This document shows positions 39,801-53,948 of a stretch of 64,000 nucleotides of DNA, piece by piece. This DNA comes from Tubulanus polymorphus. Lineage: Eukaryota; Animalia; Nemertea. Positions within the stretch are counted from its first letter, which is position 1. Each line of letters opens with the position of its first letter. Made by a program: the position numbers and the translations under genes. The stretch spans positions 519,950 through 583,949 of the forward strand of contig NC_134026.1 of NCBI RefSeq assembly GCF_964204645.1. The letters are read 5' to 3'. The notes under the pieces were generated by a model. That model was not told where the DNA came from and searched no databases. It saw only the letters and a list, made by a program, of their open reading frames with translations.

Positions 39801-42800
39801 TCATTTGGGGAGCTGTGCATTAAAGCTACTCGTGTGTGTAGGCTGGCATCCAGTTATAGTCAACACCAGTTACAAGATGGCGGCTACTTAAACAGCTTAA
39901 TGTGTCTCCTCACGTTCAATATTAGAAATTAATTACACATTGTTCACAATGAGAAGAAACAACTGAAACGCGTGGAAATAAAGAGAATCGTTTAAACATT
40001 TGAAAACATCCCAAATCATCAAATCTTTAGCCATTTTTCACTCAAATTGATTTTCATCTAGAATTAATTCATTTAACATGAATTAACTATTAACTTTTTT
40101 CACGACAATAAAATAAACTATTTACCTGCTTCCCCATCTTCGTCTATCAGACCATCCTGAAGTGAAAAGAGAAACAGTTTCAAATATCAACAAGTTTTAA
40201 CTTTAAACTTCATTCAATAAACAGTTGATTAATTTAAGTTTCACAGTTTTCTGCGTTAAGTTTGACTCTAAAATAAGTTTCTGATATTTTAATCTTAGTT
40301 CCACCCTTAAAAAGAATTGGGGTCCAAAGTTTGTTCAGATATTGGAAATTATGAAACAATTAAAATTTAGACTCGAACTTATTCAAATCCCGTGGAACCC
40401 GGGCCGGGTTCATAAAACCAAACCCGGATTAATTTCGATGACTTTTTTAAAACGACGATTTCATGAAAACATGTTTAATTTCAACTGAACAGAAAGATAA
40501 AGAAAATCTAATTAGATGAAGTCACAAAATAGACTTCAAACAATGAATGATGTTACGCGTGGATTTTATCATCTTTGAAAAAAAAAAATGCCAAAAGCAG
40601 GTAAAAATTTGTCAAGCCCCTGTATCCAATATTCAATAAGTTGACACAAATAAACATAACTAAGTATCTTATTACACGACGGAGACTATCGTCCCTGAGA
40701 ATGAATATGATTGAACCGATGATGAGCTGACAGCTTACAAAAAAAAACACATTATTGCATACATTCTGAAAGACGACACTTCACTCTTAAATGATGAGTT
40801 CTTCTAAATAAATTGACTTCTTTGAAACGAATTCGAGTCGATAGGAAGCAATACAATGATTGCTATACAGCGTTCAACCTCGAGATCAATTTTCATTACT
40901 TACACGACGCACGGCATCAACAGACACACCGAATTTGAAATTTGAAAGGGAAAAACTCCTACCGCGATAAACCGGATCCGTGACCGGGTATTAATTCAAA
41001 CCTCACGATGAACTTACGCGGCTACATTCGACGTACCTGAAAACGGAGTCCTCGTCGCCGCAACCCTAAACTAAACGTAGGAGCGCGGATTCTAAGCGGA
41101 CACGATATCGACTTACGACTCTCGTCTTCGAATCCACGTCGAGAAACGCCGTACAACATTTCACCATTATCAGGTGTAATATTCGTTATAAATCCGTTTT
41201 GATCGAGCGAAAAAAATTACCAAAAAAATAGATAGAAAATATAGACAATAGCTGCGCGACGGTGAGCTACACGGCCGTTCACTAACGATATCGGCAATGT
41301 GTCATCGAAGAGACTCGCGTGATACCATTTTTATATAAATCAATGATCGTGGACCGATACATAATCTGATACTTTACTAGATATTAATAAATGCGAACAT
41401 TGATATTTCTCAATATATTTCTATAACAGGATGGAATAAAATGCCCCCGAAATCAACGCTGCACGGCACTAGTGGCCTACGTATGTGACAGCTGTTACTG
41501 ATCTCTTATCTTATACCTCACTCACCGCCCGTCGCCCGCCCGTACTCTACTCTACTATGTGGTTTTCTGTGTGTATCAATTTATAAAGCAAAATGCTGCT
41601 CGAAGACCATGAAATAAATAATTTTGTCGTCGTGTGCAGATGTTGAATACTTTTAATATTCAGCGATCGAGAAAGTATAAATACCAGTTCAATACGGCCT
41701 TCAGCATAAATACACGATACTAAAGCCTGTATAAAACTCAACACTGGCTGAATGATGAACGCAGTATCCGCACACAGGGTACAAATCTGACCACTTCTAT
41801 CAGGATTCTTACAGATTGCTGGGGGGGGGGGGGGGCTTACCTGACCCGTGACCTAAAATTCCCAGATTAGAAAGATATCTTAAATGGGACTTTTTGCTCA
41901 AGAGGTTCCTTGAGATGACGCTCGTCACTAGCAAGAAAACAAGACACTAAAATTCAAATTCGCAGACTTTTCCCTAATTACGAAGAAAAGATTGCCGTGT
42001 ATAAAACACCAGGTGAGGAAAGAGGGAAATGATGATGATTTTATGATATATTTCTATTGTTCGACGAACGCAAAGAATTTTAAAATGAGAATTTCTTCAA
42101 TAAAAATCCGATATATAATAACAACAATGAATGTACATGTGACACTCTTATCACGCAGTCAAAAACCACACTGTTAACTAACTCACAACCATTCCAACTA
42201 AACATTTACCGAATTTCCCAATTATGTACTTCCATTTAAACAAAAAATTCTGTTAACTCGACCGCCGATCACACAACTATATCTGTACTTCGATTTCTGA
42301 TTTCAAAATCAAACCCCCCGTTTCGCTCTCGGCAGGTGTGGTGGGTCTGTAAGGGACACTCAATCAGAAAATCAAACGAAATTTACCAACCAAATAAATA
42401 ACAGGGACAATCCTATTTCAAGATCAAAAAAGATTTCCATATTAGCAAAAAATTAAACGATTTAAGATTTTAGGTATTTAAACTATTGAGATATCGAAAG
42501 ATAATTGATAAAGCCAGCACACCCATGCACACTACACACAGATGCGTGGTGGTAGTAGTGCTATAGATTGGCTTACTCAGCATATTGCCGGCATTGCCAA
42601 AAGGAGCGATCTAGCACTCAGATACATCCGAAGTTGAATCTGCAATTCAATTCAGTCAAACCTTACCGAGGAGGGGCCGACTGGTTGCCATAGTAACCAT
42701 GCATTTGGTAGATAGCCCAAATACCATATTTTGATACAGGGAATAATTATGACAATAGATCTAACAGCAATAGCGTAATTGCACTATGAATGAAAGCGTG

Positions 42801-45800
42801 TCGATCAATTTCCTAAGACAGGCTGTGCGGGCTGTGCGGGCAGAACGTGCAGCGATAGAATGACCAAATTATAAACTGACAATCATAAAAAAAACGTCTC
42901 GATAATAGATTTAAATTGAGAGACTATAAATACACTTAAATTCGGTAAAAATAAAACAACCGTTCTTAATTTATCCATCAAATTGAAAAAATATAAAACT
43001 TCCAGGTTTTCATCGGATTTGAGTTAAATTCTAGATTTGAGTTAATCATTTGAAAATGAGCAAATTTTTCAAACTTAAGTAACAATTGTAGAATGGATTC
43101 AACAGAGAAAAACGTCTGAAACCTTATTCCATTCGTAAAGGAGAAAGAAGCTCGTTCCAAAATATGAAACCTTCCAAATTGAATAAATTTAAAGTCATGT
43201 CTTTCTAAAATCATGATTTCTTTGATAGCTATCCGGCGACAAACTTTACATACGTAATTCATAAAAAGAAAAACGTCGAAAAACTGTTCGCCGATAAAAT
43301 GAGTCACAGAACAACGCAACGCGTTTAATACATACTCATAATATACAAGAAAATATAATAAAGCGTTATTCGTTATTCGGGGTTTGAACGTATCGTACTG
43401 ACTGCTGTATAACAATACTCCGGACCTTTCTCTTCACTTGAAAATCTCTCTTTTATTATCAACATAATAACACAACTCATTTGAATAGATCAATTGATTT
43501 TTGTCGGAATCGTTTTTTATGAGTGATGCATGCGCTACTCAAACCCTTCCGATTCATCTCTATCCACTTTATCCACCCGTATTCTCACTAATTAACTTCA
43601 CTATTGATTTTTTTCCACTCAATCCACAAATCCTAAAGACCTCATAAAGCATCAAATATAAATTAAGATTTTCAAGAGATTTTTGGTTTAAGCGTGGTTC
43701 AGTACTTGTTGGGGATAAAATTGTGCCCATTTCTAAATATAGTAACGTTAGCCCAGTTATCAGGATATCATCTAGTAACAAAGCCTGGTCTAGTAACACA
43801 ACCGATTAAGCCTGATCTAGTAACACAACCGATTAAGCCTGATCTAGTAACACTACGGATTAAGCCTGATCTAGTAACACTACGGATTAAGCCTGATCTA
43901 GTAACACTACGGATTAAGCCTGATCTAGTAACACTACGGATTAACCCGGGTCTAATAACACTACGGATTAAGCCTGATCTAGTAACACTACGGATTAAGC
44001 CTGATCTAGTAACACTATGAAATAACCCGGGTCTATGGATCCACACCTGTCATATAACACACATACGTATTAAGAGCCGTCTGCCGATTATTAACTGCCA
44101 AAAATATCGATTTCGAATGAACGTTCAGATAATATATGCTTATTGCTGGTTGTTATTATTATCGTTCAATAAGCTGCCTTTTAACTGGTCATACATAAGT
44201 CTGGAATATTTGAACAGAAACGTTGTTCAGTGATCAGTGTTTAGTGCACCTGCAACTTCAGCGCTGTTACAATAGAGCAAAAAACTCTTTTTTATATCGA
44301 ATTTTTGTTTACAGGTTATTTTGCGTTAGATTTCTGGTTTTTTACGGTTTTAAACAGATGGATTTCGAACGAATTGTCGTGTCATACCTGTATCGACGTG
44401 TCACAGTAAACACAGTTATCAGATGGCATCCAATCTCTGACATCATCATCTTCCAGACCTAAAAATATCGAAAAATATATTCAACACCCAATGATATTGC
44501 GAGCAATTAAGTCAGTGTGGAGATTTTCCACCAACTTTCAAAATCCCTGAGTTCTCCATGTTATAACACAAAATTCCCCGAATGAATCCTGAGGAATTTC
44601 ATGAATTGCATCCCCCCCCCCCCGAGTTATACAGGTCAGTGGCGCCAACCTGATAGAAGGGCTATCGACTCGATAGATGGCTCTCCATAGTTTAACTAAT
44701 GATTTAGATCAGATGAATCTGGATTTTGATGCAATTTTGATATCATTAATAGGTCACACGACGATATGATGTTTAATGTGGATTTCTCCAAAACCGCATT
44801 AATTTCGTTGATCTCAGATGATCCAAATTTAGCCCGCTCTACTGAATCAAAATTCTGAGCCACAAGGGCAAAAACTTGCCTCAATTTACTGAGAAATTGA
44901 AAAATTGAAGACCTTTCGCAAAACGCATCTATTCGTTAAAATTCGGAATTCAGACCTTTTCTGGTCAAACATCTTACGAGGTGTTGATAACATCGGTTTA
45001 TTCCCTCGCGGCAAAAACTGACGTCAATTTCACAATTCGAGCTATTTTAAAATATCATCGGAAATAGATTCAAATATTTATTTCGCTCGGGGCGAGTTTC
45101 GTAACGCGTTCGTTTAAAGGTATATCATCGTATTAATGTCGCAGCTTCAGGGCAAATACACAAAGAAGAAGAAGAAGAAGAAGAAGATACAGTGTAAGAT
45201 TTAGAGTAAGAAATATCAACGATTCTTATACATTAAAAATGTATTCACACCGACGGACAGACAGACGGACGGACAGACAGACGGACAGACGAGGTTTGAC
45301 TGGCTGTCGATGACTGGGCACACGGGGAATCATCGCACAAAGACAATCAATATATTTAGAATAGCTTCTATCCCAAATGTCACATGGTTATTCATATTTG
45401 TCCATTCAGTGGCTGTAAGTACGGCACTGTACACCGCGCCACTACTACATCTAACAGAGAAATAATCAATACAGACTCAACTCGACGACCCGCTATTTAA
45501 AAGCCCTCGATTTCGATCACTGGTTTGAAATACCCACCATTCGACGCACGACCAGAGAGAGAGAGATGGCTGCCATACATTTTTATGAATGACTTATTTT
45601 CCCAAAACGTATTCGCCGTGGCGTTTGTCTTCTAACAAACGGGAGTAGTTTTTTATACGGAGAAGGGACGAACACGGGGTTCGTCGTCTTGTTACTTACT
45701 AGAAAACGGTTGTAAAAGATGATTGACTAAATCTCTGCCCAATAATGTCTCAGCAACGACTTCTAAACCTAAAAAATACAAATTCAAAACAATTTATTCA

Positions 45801-48800
45801 TCATGAGCTTTTCTGGTATAAACCGGAGAAAGAGAAATCTGTGGGGAGGATCCAGGGTGCTTCCCCCTTCCCCCAGATGGGGGGTACCCAAAACATCTGA
45901 AATGCATTGTCAACAAAAGGCGGAACAAATTCAAAACATCTTTGAGAATTTTTGATACATCTTATGAGGAATATTTTTAAGTACAACACTATATGCAATA
46001 AGTTGATTGGGGTTTCAGAATGTTTAAACGGATAAACATGAATATATAGTGATATATTACGTTTGTGATTTAAATATCAATTTTCATCACATCTATTACC
46101 GAGCCGTACATCCATCACGCAGTAGTCTTACAAAAATATGGTTGAAAATGGTATCTATAATGCGCTTGAGTCAATCAGATGGCGTTAACTTCCTGCCCAA
46201 AAGGGGTTCACATTGTTCCCTGGAATTTCATGCTCTATTCAAGCGGTTTGTTACTGGGAATAGACATCATCGAGACAACGGCTTCTGATTTTATTTCTAA
46301 GATTGATCAGCTCTTGTTAGAGTTGATATATTTTTCACCGATGTAATATTAATATAGCCCCAGACTGTAGCAGTCAGTGACTCAGCATTCATATATTTTT
46401 TGGGTGATCTCAGCGTACACGCAGCTATAAGCTCCATACTCTCCTCCATACTCTCCGCTCTACTCTTCAGGGGAGTTTTATCTCATACATTTATTTTTAG
46501 TATCTTCCGCCGCAGTCAAAAACAGCATACCGAACAGAACCCCGAACAGAACCGAACGAACGGTTATATTTATCTTGCTTATGTTTGGCATAAAGTTCTA
46601 TAAATAGAACGAATTGAGGCAAACATGTGGGGGTCACATACATGCCATACTCTTTACTCAGCTTCCAAATACTTATGAACGCAGCAGTTTCATTTTGAGA
46701 TCCAAAATTTCTCGGTAAATTTCATTTTCAAAATCAGAGACAAGTGTCAAACAATGATTGTAAGGTATCGTATCATTCAGATATTCAGTTCTATCCTTTC
46801 ACTTTACAACGAGAAATCATATGTGAATTTTTCGCCGGGATTCGTCGGTCAGTTTGAAATAGTAAGATACGACGATATGAATCATAAAATTTGCTTGAGA
46901 AAACAATTTCATACAGAGATAGCTCAAACTTCACACGGAGAGATTACATCTACCGAGAAAGTGGTAACACACAGCGGTGGTGTGGCGCGCTGGTATACCA
47001 CCTACTGGGGGTACAGTGTGGCGCGCTGGTGTACCACCTACTCGTGGTACAGTGTGGCGCGCGCTGGTATACCACCAACTCGGGGTACAGTGTGGCGCGC
47101 GCTGGTATACCACCTACTCATGGTACAGTGTGGCGCACGCTGGTATACCACCTACTGGGGTAGTGTGGCACACGCTGGTATACCACCTACTCATGGTACA
47201 GTGTGGCGCACGCTGGTATACCACCTACTCGTGGTACAGTGTGGCACACGCTGGTATACCACCTACTCATGGTACAGTGTGGCGCACGCTGGTATACCAC
47301 CTACTCGTGGTACAGTGTGGCGCACGCTGGTATACCACCTACTCGGGGTACAGTGTGGCGCACGCTGGTATACCACCTACTCGGGGTACAGTGTGGCGCG
47401 CGCTGGTATACCACCTACTCGTGGTACAGTGTGGCACACGCTGGTATACCACCTACTCATGGTACAGTGTGGCGCACGCTGGTATACCACCTACTGGGGT
47501 AGTGTGGCACACGCTGGTATACCACCTACTCGTGGTACAGTGTGGCGCACGCTGGTATACCACCTACTCGTGGTACAGTGTGGCGCGCGCTGGTATACCA
47601 CCTACTCGTGGTACAGTGTGGCGCGCGCTGGTATACCACCTACTCGTGGTACAGTGTGGCACACGCTGGTATACCACCTACTGGGGGTACAGTGTGGCGC
47701 GCGCTGGTATACCACCTACTGGGGTACAGTGTGGCGCGCTGGTATACCACCTACTCGTGGTACAGTGTGGCACACGCTGGTATACCACCTACTCGGGGTA
47801 CAGTGTGGCGCGCTGGTATACCACCTACTCGTGGTACAGTGTGGCACGCGCTGGTATACCACCTACTGGGGGTACAGTGTGGCGCGCGCTGGTATTCCAC
47901 CTACTCGTGGTACAGTGTGGCACATGCTGGTATACCACTTACTGGGGGTACAGTGTGGCGCGCTGGTATACCACCTACTCGTGGTACAGTGTGGCACGCG
48001 CTGGTATACCACCTACTGGGGGTACAGTGTGGCGCGCGCTGGTATTCCACCTACTCGTGGTACAGTGTGGCACATGCTGGTATACCACTTACTGGGGGTA
48101 CAGTGTGGCGCGCTGGTATACCACCTACTCGTGGTACAGTGTGGCACACGCTGGTGTACCACCTACTCGTGGTACAGTGTGGCACGCGCTGGTATACCAC
48201 CTACTGGGGGTACAGTGTGGCGCGCGCTGGTATTCCACCTACTCGTGGTACAGTGTGGCACATGCTGGTATACCACTTACTGGGGGTACAGTGTGGCGCG
48301 CTGGTATACCACCTACTCGGGGTACAGTGTGGCACACGCTGGTATACCACCTACTCGTGGTACAGTGTGGCACGCGCTGGTATACCACCTACTCGTGGTA
48401 CAGTGTGGCGCACGCTGGTATACCACCTACTCGGGGTACAGTGTGGCGCGCGCTGGTATACCACCTAGCAGTTATATATATGTACATATATTTAATAATC
48501 TGAATCCATTCCAGATGTAAAAACTTGATGATTATCAATCTGTGCGCATGAAATTCCCAAATGATCATCGGCGAGATTTTTCTAGTTGGCTTTTGTAATT
48601 ACGGAAGTATGCGGCAAATTAATGATTCACGAGACAACAGGGTATTTCAATAAATACTGTACATCAAACCATTTACTTCTCAAACGCACACAACACAAAC
48701 ATTTAAACATGTTTTTACGAGGTTTTTTCATGGAATGCGAAATGAAGAGATGACGTAATAGATTTCTCTCGAGTTATCGCAACTCGCCGCCGCATCAAAT

Positions 48801-51800
48801 CTATATTTGACCCTCGCGTAAACAACGGTCTCTACCGACTAACGGTAAACCTTTAATTAAAAACTCGAGATAAAAAAGTCCCGTAATCAAAGGAAAAAAT
48901 TATTCAATTATTTTCTCGATGCGTCGAAATCTCGCTCGACTTAAAAAGGCTAATAATGAAACTAATAAACGGGTGATGAAAAAAACGACGTCTTTCCGCA
49001 CCAGTTCGGAAGTTTCCGGCGCCAGTTTCGAGAAAACGTGAAAATAATCGGAGCCAATCTTACCTTCATAGGACATCATGATAAAACAGTCACTACTACA
49101 TCACAGGTTGAAATCAAACCCTGTCGTAGTCGTCGTTATAATAAAATACTGCACTCAGTCACTAGCTCAGCTAGCTGTGTTCTACACAGTCACTTTATTT
49201 TGATTGTTATAAAGGAATACAGCTGTACACATACAAACCCGAGCCAGCCTTACACCGGGTCCGCAACAACTTATTTTATTGGCTCTACTTGATTAATTAT
49301 CGACTCGAAGCAAAATAGAAATTTATAATGCTACATGAATTGAAGGGATCAATGAATAGTTTGGGCTTCTTAAAACTACAGCTGTTGGCCCAGATATTTC
49401 CACCTATTGTTCACGACGCGTTGTTTTCCGAATTGAAACGTCACATTTTGACATAATCCTTTATAGAATTTCTCTGCGTTGTAATGATATTCGTATCGAT
49501 ATAACTTCATTAATATTTCACGTAGCACAATAATATACAAACGAACGAACGAACGAACGAACGCCGAGTCCGAAATAAGATAAATTGAAGAAACGTAACC
49601 AGAAGAGAAAATAAACGATCGTCGACTAATGATTTACTATAACTCATATCCATTATTGAACGTGTCAAAATAGATATTACCGATAGCAACAGATTCGATT
49701 CAACTATCATTTAAAAAAAACAAAATCAGCCGAGAAAAAAGGGTTTCATACGACTGTCAACGAATGGCCTGTTTGTCTGACAGTAGCAATCATTGAAGAC
49801 AGAACAGGTGAACCATCCACATGATATAGACAGACAATCAATGAATTGTTTTATAATACACTTCGCCATATTTATTTTAGTGGGATCACCTGGGGGCCAG
49901 GGGGGAGGGGGTCCGGGGGAGGGGGAGGTACTCATCCCCCACTAAATCCGCTACTGAGTTCCCCCCCACTGAGTTCCGCTATTTTGTGTCAAGTTTGTTT
50001 GGCAACATTTTTCTATCACTGATTGTCTTTTAGCCAAGTCTGCTGTTTAATCCCTGTTGGTTTTTTAGTTTTCTATCGGGCTACAACAAATATTCACTGA
50101 AAATACATCTAAAATGCTTCAAACTTTGCAATAAGTCAAGGCCAACATCTTGATGTTTTCAGTTTATTTACATTCAGAGAATACCTCTAACTCGAGGCCT
50201 TTTCCTTCAATTCACTAACAATGGCCAGCAAATGCATTTAAAACACTTCATATTTGCTTATTTTTCTAGGAAGGACCCTAAACTCTAAACTCTTCAGGCC
50301 TGCAACAGTTACAGGCTACGTACGGGCCTGAGGATACAACCCAGAATGACTTGCCGATATTTGGTATTTAGTTCGGAATTTCCTCTCATATCTCGGGGTA
50401 TCATTAAATATGATCGGGAGAGAAAAATTAATAACATCACAGAGAAAAAGACTTTGGAATTAATTTCCAAATGATTTTTGAGATGAAAATAATCACAAAA
50501 TTAGAATAGCCAAGTAATTTATATATATCAAAAGGTTGATAAATCGATGGCGCGGTGGACCGAACCTATCTTGAAATATCGATATCTGATCTCTGGAAAT
50601 ATCGAATTATTGAATCAGTGATGAAAAAAACTCCCACCTAAATCTAACAATAGAAACATCTAAAATAAAATAACAAATTACTAATGAATCAATCGATAAA
50701 TCTCTCAAGATGACACCAGCCCTTATCGCATGTTGCTCGACAATTACAATCTAATCTATGATTCAAACCGCTGAAGAAATATTTTTTCCTTTAAAATTGA
50801 CTAATTTCTAACTAAACCAGCCCTTTACATTGAATTATAAATACTTCAGACCGACGGCTATGTCATGAGACGGCCAATATTTCATTCTGAATTATAAGTA
50901 AGTTATCAGTAACTAATAGGCCAGTTTTACCAAAAACAGGACTAAAGGTCACAGGTACATTTGAAACCTATACAAATATACCCATTTTTGATCGACATTA
51001 CATCTAAATGCATATAGTCTAAATGATGGGTAGGCCGTTGTCATAGTATCATTATGTGGCAATAATTCATTCACAAATATAACCCACAACATTCTTGAAA
51101 TTACTTCTAAGTCAAAACTTGGATCAATTGAGGAGAAAGTTAATAAAGGAGTCAGTTCCAATGGGACCAAATATTTAGCGCAGTAGCCAGTACTAGGTTT
51201 CATACGTATGTCTAATTTAGAAGTATCATGTGGGTTAATTTTAGACTTGACTCATTTTAACTCTTCAACTCAAGTTCAATAACGTAACCCACAAAATTGG
51301 ATCCAAACATAATAAATACAACATACCCCGAAAGTGAAACAAATGAATACTCATATTAAATAAAACCAAAAACTAGGAAGTGAATGCTAGGATTAAATTT
51401 TTGCCAATTGGGACATAAATCTTTTGTTACCGTGTACCACAAACTTTCAATTAAAACCCTATTTGATTTTGAAGTGTGAAAATTGTACTAATATTGAGCA
51501 GAGACTGCAGTGAGATGGGATTTACGGCCAGCCAGGGCCATCAGCAAACAAAGGCAGTAACTGACTATCGACGTCATTGCTCGCTGCTAGTCGCTGATGC
51601 GGTCGAGAGACCCTCTCTCCCTGAAAAATTTGGCAGTAACCGAACTGAATTTCTCTTCGATTTCTAACGTAAATAAAGGGAATTCCGCCTCCAGAATTAC
51701 ACAAAACATCGATTAAAACGTTCTTATTCACTCACCGACGAGTACGGGTACTTTCTTCGTCCATGTTAATAGTTCTTTTCTAAATGTTCGTCGTTGCTGC

Positions 51801-51829
51801 ATACATCGGGCTGCACCACAGTCCACCAT
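36864..51829 (-). CDS. E93: E93/Mblk-1/LCoR-family pipsqueak HTH transcription factor, 6 exons, ~717 aa
   Basis: Exons 51736-51829, 45700-45768, 44388-44458, 40126-40156, 39034-39202 and 36864-38583 join in frame (2154 nt). Conserved N-terminus CGAARCMQQRRTFRKELLTWTKK..VGLEVVAETLLGR...DWMPSDNCVYC; CtBP motif QPLDLS; two Psq domains (YTDTELQAAVQEIRDGKIGTRRAAVLYGIPRSTLRNK and RPKRGQYRKY...MSVHRAGSYYGVPHSTLEYKVKER). Confidence 0.93.
39308..39444. mobile_element. MITE with CAGGG-type TIRs
   Basis: cagggctcttacagatcagg ... cttgatctgtaagaactctg. Confidence 0.55.
42684..42697. promoter_or_regulatory. RFX X-box motif
   Basis: GTTGCCATAGTAAC fits GTNRCC-N2-RGYAAC; lies in an E93 intron. Function untested. 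Confidence 0.35.
43770..44017. repeat. 27-bp minisatellite (~9 copies)
   Basis: Unit gattaagcctgatctagtaacactacg. Confidence 0.92.
46976..48466. repeat. ~38-bp self-complementary minisatellite (~40 copies) in E93 intron 1
   Basis: Unit gtggtacagtgtggcgcacgctggtataccacctactc with 35-38-nt variants; source of the 588, 508 and 308-aa repetitive ORFs. Confidence 0.95.
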
Positions 51830-52555
51830 GATGCTCTTTCAGCACAGGGGTAACTCACGCGTCATCGAGGTCAATACCCGAATATCGATGACGTAGTACG
51901 CACCGGGTAATACCCGGAAGCATTATCTGGGGAATACCACCATTGATATTTGACAGATCGGACTCGTCAGCACAACTAGGCAAGTATTCTGTATCTATCA
52001 TAGTTGTATTCAACAAATAAGAGTCTTATTGCACTATATTCTACTCATGATACTTACCCATTAAGTGAAGCTGTTCGACATTTATGTGGCCAATGATTTT
52101 ATAGAGCAATTTTGATAATTGGTAGTCTGATAGTGATATCCCTTTTTTAGTATTAGGGAAATTTAGTCTTTGTTTGTTAGTTTGTTTCTTGTTTCTTGTT
52201 TCTACCACTGCGTTTAAGCCAATATTTTGTCCCACATCTACATTTCACTAATATTTGTGTAGAAGATTATTAACACAATTCTTTATGCTGCCTGACTGTA
52301 CCGTAGGTCTATACAGCGCGTATAGCTTATTAGGTATATACATTGAACTCAATGCACTGGAGAAGCCCACTCCCTTTATGTAAATGGGTGGTGCTCGTAT
52401 TGCGGTGGTGTATTTCACTTTCCCTCATAACAACTGATGTGTTTCAATGCAGGTATTACATAGAGTACCGACAGATAGGGGCCATTGCCATACAGATCAC
52501 CGACTGATACTGAGAATACAAATTTGATTTCTTTGCAGTTTAGAATTTAAAAATC

Positions 52556-53797
<1,242 letters not shown>

Positions 53798-53818
53798 CAA
53801 GTTTTCACAATCTCTACA

Positions 53819-53948
53819 GATGCAGGGGTAGATCATTGATACAGGGGTAGATCATTGATACAGGGGTAGATCATTGATACAGGGGTAGATCATTGATACA
53901 GGGGCAGATCATTGATACAGGGGCAGATCATTGATACAGGGGCAGATC
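53819..53948. repeat. 19-bp tandem repeat (~7 copies) formed from a MITE terminus
   Basis: Unit gatacagggg(t/c)agatcatt. The last copy (caggggcagatcca) pairs with tggatccgcacctg at ~54215-54228. Confidence 0.85.

Noticed and set aside
42978-43415. 145-aa minus-strand ORF with CKVC
   Set aside because: Low-complexity F/I/L-rich intronic ORF with no recognisable domain; not needed for the E93 exon chain.
46754-48520. 588-, 508- and 308-aa ORFs; CRISPR-like appearance of a palindromic ~38-bp repeat
   Set aside because: The ORFs are open in all frames only because the unit lacks stop codons. Repeats are contiguous with no unique spacers, there are no cas genes, and the context is a eukaryotic intron.
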